In this document: piece by piece, positions 1 to 7,560 of the stretch
How positions within the stretch are numbered: position 1 is the first letter of the stretch
How the letters are laid out: the number at the start of each line of letters is the position of its first letter
From: a virus
IMG/VR virus record: IMGVR_UViG_3300045988_104880
Length of the DNA stretch: 36,195 nucleotides
Reading direction: 5' to 3' (one strand)
Translations under genes and position numbers: made by a program
The notes under the pieces: model-generated
Seen by the model: the letters and a program-made list of their open reading frames with translations, nothing else
What the model was told of the DNA's origin: nothing
The model's database searches: none

Positions 1-119
1 ACAAGGCCGGGCGCCACCAGGCGGGGACGGGAATGAGCCTGTCCCAGGCGGTGCAGATGCTGCCGACGCCGGTCGCGCAGCCCTCGGGCAACTCTCCCGA
101 GGCGCACCTGCGCAAAAAG
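1..119. repeat. Left copy of the 119-bp exact terminal overlap (same as 36077-36195)
   Basis: Base-by-base comparison of both ends shows identical sequence, acaaggccgggcgccacc...cacctgcgcaaaaag. Confidence 0.97.
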
Positions 120-653
120 CCAGGCCGCATACAGGTCACAGACCTAGCGATCCTCGTTGAGAACGGACTGCTGGCAACGGGAGGACTCCTACCGACTCCG
201 CAGGCAACGAACGCGACGGCCTCATCGACCGGCTACGGATCGAACCTGCACGAGGTGGCTCGAGAGCTGCTGCCGACTCCGAAGGCAGGAGATGCCGTGA
301 TGGGCTTGCCGAGGACGAGCGGGCGACCGCCGGAGAAGAGTACGCACCTGGCGACTCGCCTCGAGTACACCGATTACGGGATGTATGCGCCCGCGATCGC
401 GCGGTGGGAGCAAGTGCTCGGACGTGAGGCCCCGGCGCCGACTGTCCCGCCGACGCGCGAGGGGGGGCGAGCACGCCTCTCAACGAAGTTCGTCGAATGG
501 CTCATGGGATTGCCAGACGGTCACGTGACCGGCGAGGATCTCGGCCTGACACGCGAGCAGCAGCTCCGCCTCCTCGGAAATGGCGTCGTCCCCCAGCAGG
601 GCGCCGCAGCTATCTACAAGCTCACCAAGATCGCCATTGAGGAGGCAGCATGA
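1..653 (+). CDS. DNA (cytosine-5) methyltransferase, C-terminal part; continues from 35389..36076 across the circular junction
   Basis: The reading frame is continuous with 35389..36195 (codon phase checked: position 1 is base 2 of a CAC codon). It carries repeated LPTP modules. The C-terminal segment reads YAPAIARWEQVLGREAPAPT...FVEWLMGLPDGHVT...LLGNGVVPQQ, which includes motif X (GNGV). Confidence 0.85.
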   Translation, partial: KAGRHQAGTGMSLSQAVQMLPTPVAQPSGNSPEAHLRKKPGRIQVTDLAILVENGLLATGGLLPTPQATNATASSTGYGSNLHEVARELLPTPKAGDAVMGLPRTSGRPPEKSTHLATRLEYTDYGMYAPAIARWEQVLGREAPAPTVPPTREGGRARLSTKFVEWLMGLPDGHVTGEDLGLTREQQLRLLGNGVVPQQGAAAIYKLTKIAIEEAA

Positions 654-955
654 CCGGCATCGACCCACTGAAGGACATCCCAGGTGTCGAGGAGTTTCAG
701 GAGCGCGCGCTCGTCCGCGCGGTCCGGCTGACTCGTGAGAACGCGGAGGCGATCGCCCGCCGCGCGCGCAAGCGTTGCGGCTTCACGCCGGATGGGCGGG
801 TGATGCTCGTCGAGCACACCTACACGATCTGGGCACTTGAGGGGGACATGATCGTCGCTCGCCCGGGCAGTATGCGTCTGTCGAACCGTATCCCGGAGGA
901 CTTCACAGCCTGGTACACGAGGCCGGGCGAGCAACTGACTGAGGAGGATCTGTGA
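650..955 (+). CDS. Hypothetical protein (101 aa)
   Basis: ATGA overlap with the methyltransferase stop. Tightly packed in the operon. No recognisable motif. Confidence 0.6.
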   Translation: MTGIDPLKDIPGVEEFQERALVRAVRLTRENAEAIARRARKRCGFTPDGRVMLVEHTYTIWALEGDMIVARPGSMRLSNRIPEDFTAWYTRPGEQLTEEDL

Positions 956-1380
956 TGAGTTCGCAGCTGGTGTGGGAATCTCGAGTTTTGCCGCTGACAC
1001 GCAGCAAGCTCATTACCGCCAACGACAAGATGCACTGGGCCGCACGCGCGAGGCTCACGAAGCAGCTCCGCCAGTGGGGATACCTGCTTGGCCGTGAGGG
1101 TGAAGGCGTCGCGCGCCTCGGGCTGACGCACGCTCGCGTCGAGGTCGAATTCGCCTATCCAGACAGGCGTCGGCGCGACCGCAGCAACCTCGCGCCGACG
1201 GTGAAGGCCCTCATGGACGGCCTGATCGACGCCGGGCTGCTTCCCGATGACGCGGACCGCTTCCTCGACGGCCCGCACACGGTCATCGCCGTCCACCTGG
1301 CGGGCAAGCACCTGAATATCCCGATGTACGAGGTCCGAGTCCGCGTGTACGCGGACGCAGATAAGAAGGAGAGCAAATAA
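955..1380 (+). CDS. RusA-like Holliday junction resolvase
   Basis: Segment [33 protein letters not shown] resembles the RusA D-x-D-N...K...D-A-L...DD core. GAGGAGGA lies 6 nt before ATG 955; GTG 952 is an in-frame alternative start. Confidence 0.6.
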   Translation: MSSQLVWESRVLPLTRSKLITANDKMHWAARARLTKQLRQWGYLLGREGEGVARLGLTHARVEVEFAYPDRRRRDRSNLAPTVKALMDGLIDAGLLPDDADRFLDGPHTVIAVHLAGKHLNIPMYEVRVRVYADADKKESK

Positions 1381-1868
1381 TGGCTGGAGACACCGTCATC
1401 ACTGTCATCGGTAACCTGACCGCTGACCCCGAACTGCGTTGGACGCAGTCTGGCGCCGCAGTCGCAGACTTCACCGTCGCGTCGACCCCGAGAACCTACG
1501 ACCGTAACGCCGGCGAATGGCGCGACGGCGACACCCTCTTCATACGCTGCTCCGTGTGGCGCGAAACCGCTGAGAACGTCGCCGAGTCGCTGCGCAAGGG
1601 TATGCGCGTCATCGTTCAGGGTCGCCTCACCCAGCGCTCGTATGACACCCAGCAGGGCGAGCGCCGCACGGTAGTTGAGCTGCAGGTCGACGAGGTCGGC
1701 CCCTCCCTGCGCCGCGCACGCGCACAGGTCACCCGTGTTCAGGCACAGGCCGCGAGCGCACCGTCCGCGAGCGCGTCGGCCTCTGGCGGTGCGGCTGGGT
1801 GGGGGCAGGAGGCTCCGCAGCATGACCCGTGGGGAGCACCTGCTGCCCCGTCTGAGCCGCCGTTCTGA
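1380..1868 (+). CDS. ssb: Single-stranded DNA-binding protein
   Basis: The N-terminal OB fold is recognisable ([27 protein letters not shown]...[31 protein letters not shown]). It is followed by a low-complexity linker and an acidic/aromatic tail ending SEPPF. Confidence 0.9.
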   Translation: MAGDTVITVIGNLTADPELRWTQSGAAVADFTVASTPRTYDRNAGEWRDGDTLFIRCSVWRETAENVAESLRKGMRVIVQGRLTQRSYDTQQGERRTVVELQVDEVGPSLRRARAQVTRVQAQAASAPSASASASGGAAGWGQEAPQHDPWGAPAAPSEPPF

Positions 1869-2083
1869 TGGAGCGCTATTGCCCGGACTGCGGTGAGGTT
1901 CTCGCTGCAGGGCACGCGCGCTGTAGGCCGTGCTTCCGCAGGTTTGAGGCTGAGTACCAGCGGAAAACTGAGCGCGACTGGATGCGGCGCAACTTCCCGG
2001 AGTTTCGGCCCCGGGACTTGTTCCCGGAGGACTACTGGGAGCAGTCGGAGATCGAGAAAACAACCGTAAAGGAGGGCGACTAA
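1868..2083 (+). CDS. Small zinc-ribbon protein (71 aa)
   Basis: CPDC...CRPC cysteine pairs. ATGA-type overlap with neighbours. Confidence 0.6.
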   Translation: MERYCPDCGEVLAAGHARCRPCFRRFEAEYQRKTERDWMRRNFPEFRPRDLFPEDYWEQSEIEKTTVKEGD

Positions 2084-3126
2084 TGGCATGGGTCCGAGTG
2101 GGCGACGAGGCGTTGAGCCACCCGAAGCTCATGAGCTTGTTCGACGTGGAGGGGGCCGAGGACATTTCGATTATCGAGATGTTCGGTTTCCTAATGGCGC
2201 TCGCGACCTACTCGGCCAAGCACCTAACCGACGGAATCATCGAGAGGGGCGCAGCTTTCCGTGACGGCGAGCGCTCGCGGGTTGTGCGCCTCATCGATGC
2301 GGCGGTGGCCGCAGAACTGCTCACGTGGGTTGAGGTGAACGGCGCGAAGAAACTGCGCCTGTTCACGGATGAAGAGTTCATTCATATCCAGCCCCGTGAG
2401 GAGGTCATGCGTCGCCGCGCCAGGTCGCGGGAAAACCGCGACAAGGACAAGAAAGCTGCTGTGATCTTCCGCGACGGCGACCAGTGCCGGTACTGCGGCA
2501 AGCTCGTGCGCTGGACCGGCCCGATCGGCAACAACTTTGGCACGCTCGATCACGTCGATCCAGACTCGCTGGGGGACGCCCCGGTCGATGGTCTCGTGGT
2601 CGCCTGTCATGAGTGCAATTCCTCGCGCGGTCATGCGCGCGAGGCGTTCGACGTAGCTTCGCCGCTGCGTCCTGTCCCGTCCACGCCTTATTACGGAGTG
2701 TGGTCGGCTGAGTTCCTTACCAGGTGCGGATATGAAGCCGTGCCGTCCGTGGATCCGGGCGCGCCCGTTGACCCCGCCTCAGAGACGCCCGCGAGGGGCG
2801 TTCTCCCGGGCCGAGGGTCCGGAGCGCCTGTTGAACCCGGGCGCGGCTCCAGCGGCCCCACTGAGGCCGTTGTGCGTGACCCCGGCGCGTCCGAGAGACG
2901 CGCGTCCGAGGGTCCGCGTATTCAACCTAGTTCGGACTCAAGTCCGAACCACAGTCCGACGTCGAAGGGTATCAAGCCGAATACTCTCGGGTCGGGTAGG
3001 GACGGGACGGGCCGGGCAGGCAAGGGAAGGGCAGGCACGGGCCAGGCCGGGAAGGGCCAGGCAGGGCACCCGCGCACACCTCAGCAGCAATCAAGCAAGC
3101 GGAACCGTAGAAGGAGAAGAAGATGA
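2083..3126 (+). CDS. HNH-domain protein with a conserved phage N-terminal domain and a disordered Gly/Arg-rich C-terminus
   Basis: HNH core CRYCGKLV...LDHVDP...VVACHECNSSRG. The N-terminus MAWVRVGDEALSHPK...AKHLTDG is a type common in actinophage replication regions. The tail reads GRAGKGRAGTGQAGKGQAG...KRNRRRRRR. Confidence 0.7.
   Translation: MAWVRVGDEALSHPKLMSLFDVEGAEDISIIEMFGFLMALATYSAKHLTDGIIERGAAFRDGERSRVVRLIDAAVAAELLTWVEVNGAKKLRLFTDEEFIHIQPREEVMRRRARSRENRDKDKKAAVIFRDGDQCRYCGKLVRWTGPIGNNFGTLDHVDPDSLGDAPVDGLVVACHECNSSRGHAREAFDVASPLRPVPSTPYYGVWSAEFLTRCGYEAVPSVDPGAPVDPASETPARGVLPGRGSGAPVEPGRGSSGPTEAVVRDPGASERRASEGPRIQPSSDSSPNHSPTSKGIKPNTLGSGRDGTGRAGKGRAGTGQAGKGQAGHPRTPQQQSSKRNRRRRRR
2930..2949. 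repeat. Perfect 20-bp palindrome GTTCGGACT-ca-AGTCCGAAC inside the HNH-domain gene
   Basis: Read directly. It has 9-bp arms and a 2-nt spacer. A third AGTCCGA copy lies at 2953-2959, and outer inverted GTATTC/GAATAC lie at 2917-2922 and 2979-2984. Confidence 0.85.
2989..3066 (+). repeat. G-tract array: 12 GGG runs in 78 nt, the first six spaced by exactly 2 nt
   Basis: Sequence gggtcgggtagggacgggacgggccggg...aagggaaggg...cacggg...ccgggaaggg...caggg lies on the coding strand. Confidence 0.85.
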
Positions 3127-3365
3127 CCGAGAAGGAAGAGCTGAGGGGCAAGGTAGAAGATGCCCTCTCCGCACTGGTACAGGCAGGGCACGGAGACCAA
3201 GCAGTGACCGGGGCGTGGGTGATCTGCGCTGAGGTCATGGTCCCAGGCAAAGAAGAGGTGACTGTCTTTATGCACGATGGAGGCGGGTCGATGCTCGCGC
3301 GGCGCGGACTGATCGAGTGTACTCGCGATCAGCTCGCCTCATGGGTGGAGGGATACGATGACTGA
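3123..3365 (+). CDS. Hypothetical protein (80 aa)
   Basis: ATGA overlap with the upstream stop, with AAGGAGAAGAAG upstream. No motif recognised. Confidence 0.6.
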   Translation: MTEKEELRGKVEDALSALVQAGHGDQAVTGAWVICAEVMVPGKEEVTVFMHDGGGSMLARRGLIECTRDQLASWVEGYDD

Positions 3366-4140
3366 CCATGACGACCGCAGGGTTTGCCCGGTGACGGGTG
3401 AGCCTCTACTCGACGGAGAGTTCCTGTCTCGCGGCGGCGCTGCCCGCGTCCGTGTGGCGACCGCATCGATGCCCGGACTCATGAGTGATCTCGCCTATGC
3501 CGCGTCGCACGGGGTGCGCACGGGTGAGCAGGTCGGCGGCGCTGGTGTCCCGTCGTCGCGGGCTCCGCTCAACCTTGCGCTCATGATCGAGGTCGACGAG
3601 ATGTGCGATTCGATCCTGACCTGGGCGACGCTCCTACTGTCGCACGTGATGGGTCCGTCCTACTGGGTGAGGCCTGGCGATTGGTGGATGGTCGCGCGTG
3701 TATTCGACCTACATGAGGATAAGCTCCGAAGGTGGTCGGAAGCCGAGCAGTGTGCTGATGAGGTGCTGTACTCGGTCGCGCGCCTTGAGCGTCTCGCTTC
3801 CCCCGGTCGGAAGCGACTCGTCTACGTCGGCGCGTGCAGCCAGTGTGACGCTGATCTTCTCGTCCGCGATCCGGATGAGGACGCCACGACTTGCCGCGAG
3901 TGCGGAGCAGTCGAGCAGATCGCCGAAGCCTGGGAGCGGCTGCTCTCGAAAGCTCGTGAGTCGTTGCTGCCTCGCACTCGAGCGACTCGCGTCGCAGAGA
4001 TCCTGGCCGGCACGCAGATCAAGGATCCGACTGTCCGGAAGTGGACGCAGCGGGGGCAGCTGGCGCCCCGGGCGAGGAGGGGCGGGGATCGCCTCTACCG
4101 GGTCGGGGATATTGAGAAGCTGGCGACACGTAGGATGTAG
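3358..4140 (+). CDS. DNA-binding protein with zinc-ribbon-like CxxC pairs and a C-terminal MerR/excisionase-type HTH; possible late-gene regulator
   Basis: CSQCDADL...CRECG, followed by RVAEILAGTQIKDPTVRKWTQRGQL...YRVGDIEKL. It is the last gene before the packaging genes. Confidence 0.55.
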   Translation: MTDHDDRRVCPVTGEPLLDGEFLSRGGAARVRVATASMPGLMSDLAYAASHGVRTGEQVGGAGVPSSRAPLNLALMIEVDEMCDSILTWATLLLSHVMGPSYWVRPGDWWMVARVFDLHEDKLRRWSEAEQCADEVLYSVARLERLASPGRKRLVYVGACSQCDADLLVRDPDEDATTCRECGAVEQIAEAWERLLSKARESLLPRTRATRVAEILAGTQIKDPTVRKWTQRGQLAPRARRGGDRLYRVGDIEKLATRRM

Positions 4141-4151
4141 GCGCGTGTCGC

Positions 4152-4180
4152 TTGCGACGGGGCTTGTCACGGCGTATTCT
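4152..4180 (+). promoter_or_regulatory. Sigma-70-like promoter candidate (TTGCGA-17 nt-TATTCT)
   Basis: Hexamers at 4152-4157 and 4175-4180, with the 17-nt spacer counted by hand. It lies in the 153-bp gap before the HNH/terminase genes. Confidence 0.35.
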
Positions 4181-4242
4181 CCTAGTGTGGCCCTGAGCGT
4201 AAGCGAGGGGCTTCTGCTTTAACGGCAATCCGCGCACTTGTA

Positions 4243-4283
4243 CTGACCCCCGCTCCCATCGGCCCCGGTGGAGCGGGGGTCAG
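4243..4283 (+). terminator. Strong GC hairpin (14-bp perfect stem, 13-nt loop), with no U tract
   Basis: CTGACCCCCGCTCC (4243-4256) pairs with GGAGCGGGGGTCAG (4270-4283). Confidence 0.5.
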
Positions 4284-4293
4284 TGCATACGGG

Positions 4294-4614
4294 ATGAGAG
4301 GGGCGGGCATGGCATGGGACACCTCGGACCGTGCGGCTCGCCTGCCTGATGATTGGGACGAGCGCCGCGCCTTCGTTCGCGCCCGCGCTGCTGGCAGATG
4401 CGAAGCGCTGCTGCACGACGGCACGCGATGCCCCGCAGCAGGTACAGACTGTGACCACATCAAACCGGGTGACGATCACCGCGCGGTGAACCTCCAGTGG
4501 CTCTGCCGTTGGCACCACAAACGTAAAACGCAGCAGGAAGCCGCGGCGGCGCTCGCTGCTGAGCGGAAGAAAAACCAGCCGCGCAAGCGCAAGCATCCCG
4601 GCCTCATCGGCTGA
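4294..4614 (+). CDS. HNH endonuclease (terminase-associated type)
   Basis: Motif CDHIKPGDDH...NLQWLCRWHHKRKT. The position next to the terminase genes is typical of cos-packaging HK97-like phages. ATG 4309 (MAWDTSDR) is an alternative start. Confidence 0.8.
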   Translation: MRGAGMAWDTSDRAARLPDDWDERRAFVRARAAGRCEALLHDGTRCPAAGTDCDHIKPGDDHRAVNLQWLCRWHHKRKTQQEAAAALAAERKKNQPRKRKHPGLIG

Positions 4615-4764
4615 CCCACCAGGGACCCCCTCCCCCGCCCGACACACATCACCGTCAAGAGCTGTCGATATGAGTTTGTACGGGTCTGGGGATTTTACGA
4701 GGGGCACTTTTCGTTGATGCGCCGCGCGAAACAGCGCATCGGAGGGTGGGTGCTCTGGGGGCGG

Positions 4765-5316
4765 TCAGAGGGGCAGGAGCGCTCCAGGTTGGTAGACATT
4801 GCCTGTGATGGTGATGTATCGGCCTGTCGAGTAAAACTCGATCCGCTGTCCCTTCCACTCGCGCTTGAAGCCGCGGCGTGGAGCTGCGGTGCCCCAGATG
4901 TGAAGGCCGCGCCCGGACGGGGAGATCTCGACGTAGGAGCCCTCGTAGTACGCGAGGAGAGTCCGCGTCGCTTCGTTGGGGATGCCGTCCTCGTCGAGGC
5001 ATGCGTCCAGGTCGATACAGCCGACACCGTCGCCGAGGACGAAGCCGAGGGGCGCGCCGGTCGCGCTCGCGGCCTCATACGTGCTCCAGGTCGTCGGATC
5101 AGTGACGGACGCCCACGCACCCGTGCGTGCGCACATGGGCCGTTTGTTGACGTGGTTGACCCAGCGGGCGCGGACGGTCAGCTCGACGGGGAGGCCGGCG
5201 GCTTCATCGGCTCGGGTCGAGCGGTGATGAGCGACTCGGCAGCGAGTCGAGCAAAAGCGCGCGTCGGCTCGCGCCCAGGCTTTGAGCTGACGTCCGCAGT
5301 GCTCGCACGTTTTCAT
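4765..5316 (-). CDS. AEP-superfamily primase-polymerase-like protein with an N-terminal zinc ribbon (183 aa)
   Basis: The start was moved to MKTCEHCGRQL (ATG at 5316, AGGA 4 nt upstream). The protein has CEHC...CSTRC, then RWVNHVNKRP...ASVTDPTTWSTYEAA, then catalytic-type motifs IDLD and SPSGRGLHIW, then IEFYSTGRYITITG. Confidence 0.6.
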   Translation of the reverse strand: MKTCEHCGRQLKAWARADARFCSTRCRVAHHRSTRADEAAGLPVELTVRARWVNHVNKRPMCARTGAWASVTDPTTWSTYEAASATGAPLGFVLGDGVGCIDLDACLDEDGIPNEATRTLLAYYEGSYVEISPSGRGLHIWGTAAPRRGFKREWKGQRIEFYSTGRYITITGNVYQPGALLPL

Positions 5317-5375
5317 GTGTCCTATTGTAACGCTTATTTCGTTGATATTCCGCAGATAGGTTGGGGGTGATCTGT

Positions 5376-5861
5376 GTGGCTGGTCGCGGTCCCACGCCGA
5401 AGCCGGAAGGCTCTCGCGCTCGTCGGAACAAGGATCCACAGGTGCTCCGGATCATCACGGCCCAGCCGGTCGAGCAGCCGGCACTTCCGACCATCGAGCA
5501 GGTCGTCGTCGACGAGTTCGGCGTCCCGAAGAAGAAGCGCTTCAACTGGCCGACGATCACGAAGCGCTGGTGGAAGATGTGGGGCGAGTCGCCTCTCGCC
5601 GCTGAGTACACCGAGACAGACTGGGCGTTCCTCATGGACACGGCGTATCTGCATGCCCAGTACTGGAAGGGTGACACAAAGGTCGCGGCTGAGCTTCGTC
5701 TGCGCGTCGCCAAGTTTGGTGCAACGCCCGAGGACCGCGCGCGACTGCGGATCCAGTTCGCCGTCGCGGACGGCTTAGAAGATGACGGCCCGTCGGCTGA
5801 GGCCTTGCCGGTCTCATCTCGTGCGAGGGGGCGAAAGACAGTACTCAAGGCGGTGCAGTAA
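5376..5861 (+). CDS. terS: Terminase small subunit (P27-like)
   Basis: The N-terminus reads AGRGPTPKPEGSRARRNKD. Later the protein reads W..MWGESPLAAEYTETDWAFLMDTAYL...FGATPEDRARLRIQF. GTG 5376 follows GGGGGTGA; TTG 5361 and GTG 5367 are alternatives. Confidence 0.75.
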   Translation: MAGRGPTPKPEGSRARRNKDPQVLRIITAQPVEQPALPTIEQVVVDEFGVPKKKRFNWPTITKRWWKMWGESPLAAEYTETDWAFLMDTAYLHAQYWKGDTKVAAELRLRVAKFGATPEDRARLRIQFAVADGLEDDGPSAEALPVSSRARGRKTVLKAVQ

Positions 5862-7531
5862 TGCCCTGGATGCCGATCGACGAAGAGGACGAGTTTCCAA
5901 CGCTCGGCTATGACGTCGCCGATTGGATGACCGCGTTCCTGCTGACGCCGGACAAGGACGAGCTGATTCCGTTCGTGCCGACGCAGGAGCAGCTCGACTT
6001 CCTCGTGCATGTGTACGAGCTGGACCCGCAGACCGGGCGCAGGCTCAAGCAGCGCGCCGTTCTGTCCCGGCCTCGTGGCTGGGGCAAGTCCCCGTTTCTC
6101 GCGGCGATCTGCTGCGCCGAAGCGATGGGGCCTGTCCTGTGCGACGGGTGGGATGCGGAGGGCCAGCCGGTCGGTGTGCCGTGGTCGACGCGGCGAACGC
6201 CGCTCGTGCAGGTCACGGCAACGACGGACGATCAGACGGCGAACACGTGGGATCCGCTCCTGGAGATGCTGAGGGGCTCGCCAGCTGAGGACGAGTACGG
6301 TATCGACCCGATGGATAGCTTCGTCGCCCTGCGCCGTGGACGTATCGAGAAGCGCACGTCCTCGGCGACCTCCGTCAAGGGTGCCAAAGCCATTATGGCA
6401 GTTATGGACCAGACCGAGACCTGGCTCCCGGGCAATGGTGGGCCGAAGCTCGCCAAGACGCTACGGTCCAACGCGGACAAGCTCGGCGGTTTGACGATCG
6501 AGACGCCGAACGCTTTCACGATCGGAGAGCGCTCGGTCGCTGAGAATACGGCGCGGTTCTATGAGCTGGTCAAGGCCGGGAAGGTCAAGAAGGAAGCCTC
6601 GCGAGGCCTCTACTACGACCACAGGCAGGCACCGCTCGACACGGACATCACGGACCGCGAGTCCCTCATCGAGGGCCTGCGGATCGCCTACGGCGACTCG
6701 GCTCGGGATCCGCGCGGCTGCGCGATCCACGATCCAGAGTGCGAGCCCGGCTGGGTAGACCTCGAACGAATCGCTGACTCGTTCTGGCATCCGGATAACG
6801 ATCCGGCTGACATGTGCGCCGACTTCCTCAACCAGATCAACAGTGCGTCCGACGCGTGGCTCACGATGCCGGAACTTCGAGCGATCGAGGACCACGGCAA
6901 GACGATCTCGTCGACAGAGCCGATCACGCTCGGTTTCGACGGGTCGGAAGGACGGAAGATCGGCATCGCCGACGCGACCGTCCTCATCGGATACTCGATC
7001 ACCCAGAAGCACCTGTTCAAGGTGGGGATCTGGACACAGCCCGACGGCCCTGCGGGTGAGGGCTGGCAACCGCCGCGCCTGGAGATCGAGCAGACCGTGC
7101 GCGATGCCTTCGAGCGGTACAACGTGGTTGGCTTCTACGCCGACCCGTCGGCAGGCTGGGCACAGGACGTCAAGACCTGGGAGGCCAAGTATTCGCGCCG
7201 CCTGCGGGCGAAGATCAGCGCTGCGGAGCCGATCCGTTATCCGCAGCGGAACGTTTCTCAGACGTGCGAGAACTTCGCTCAGCTGCTCTCCGCGATTCAC
7301 CAGGGCCTCATCACCTACGACGGCGATCCGACGATGACCGCGCATTTCCTCAACGCGAGGAAGTCGCCGCGCCAGGCGGGCTACGTGCTCGTCAAGCCCG
7401 CCGACGATCAGGACTACTCCAAGATTGACGCGACCTGGGGCGCGATGTTCGCGTATAAGGCTGGCCTCGACGCGGTCGGTAAGGGCGCAGCCAGGCCGAC
7501 GGCACGCCGCGCTCCGCGCCGCCTCTACTAA
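5861..7531 (+). CDS. terL: Terminase large subunit
   Basis: 556 aa. Walker-A-like SRPRGWGKSPF. The size and position after terS fit. ATG overlaps the terS stop. Confidence 0.85.
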   Translation: MPWMPIDEEDEFPTLGYDVADWMTAFLLTPDKDELIPFVPTQEQLDFLVHVYELDPQTGRRLKQRAVLSRPRGWGKSPFLAAICCAEAMGPVLCDGWDAEGQPVGVPWSTRRTPLVQVTATTDDQTANTWDPLLEMLRGSPAEDEYGIDPMDSFVALRRGRIEKRTSSATSVKGAKAIMAVMDQTETWLPGNGGPKLAKTLRSNADKLGGLTIETPNAFTIGERSVAENTARFYELVKAGKVKKEASRGLYYDHRQAPLDTDITDRESLIEGLRIAYGDSARDPRGCAIHDPECEPGWVDLERIADSFWHPDNDPADMCADFLNQINSASDAWLTMPELRAIEDHGKTISSTEPITLGFDGSEGRKIGIADATVLIGYSITQKHLFKVGIWTQPDGPAGEGWQPPRLEIEQTVRDAFERYNVVGFYADPSAGWAQDVKTWEAKYSRRLRAKISAAEPIRYPQRNVSQTCENFAQLLSAIHQGLITYDGDPTMTAHFLNARKSPRQAGYVLVKPADDQDYSKIDATWGAMFAYKAGLDAVGKGAARPTARRAPRRLY

Positions 7532-7560
7532 CAACGCACTGGGGAAGGAGGCCCCACCTC

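Noticed and set aside
461-467. G7 homopolymer inside the methyltransferase C-terminal region (REGGRARL), considered as a phase-variation tract.
   Set aside because: The tract is in frame and the flanking protein sequence reads as a conserved segment (RLSTKFVEWLMGLP). G6-G7 runs occur several times in this GC-rich genome. The sequence itself gives no evidence of length variation.
6461-7534. Long minus-strand ORFs antisense to well-supported genes. Examples: 6461-7534, 1155-2165, 10582-11970, 23053-23994, 26953-27852, 32391-33266.
   Set aside because: Long stop-free antisense frames are expected in DNA of about 65% GC. The translations are Arg/Pro/Ser/Gly-rich low complexity with no motifs. 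Each overlaps a gene with clear family signatures and operon-style start/stop coupling on the other strand.
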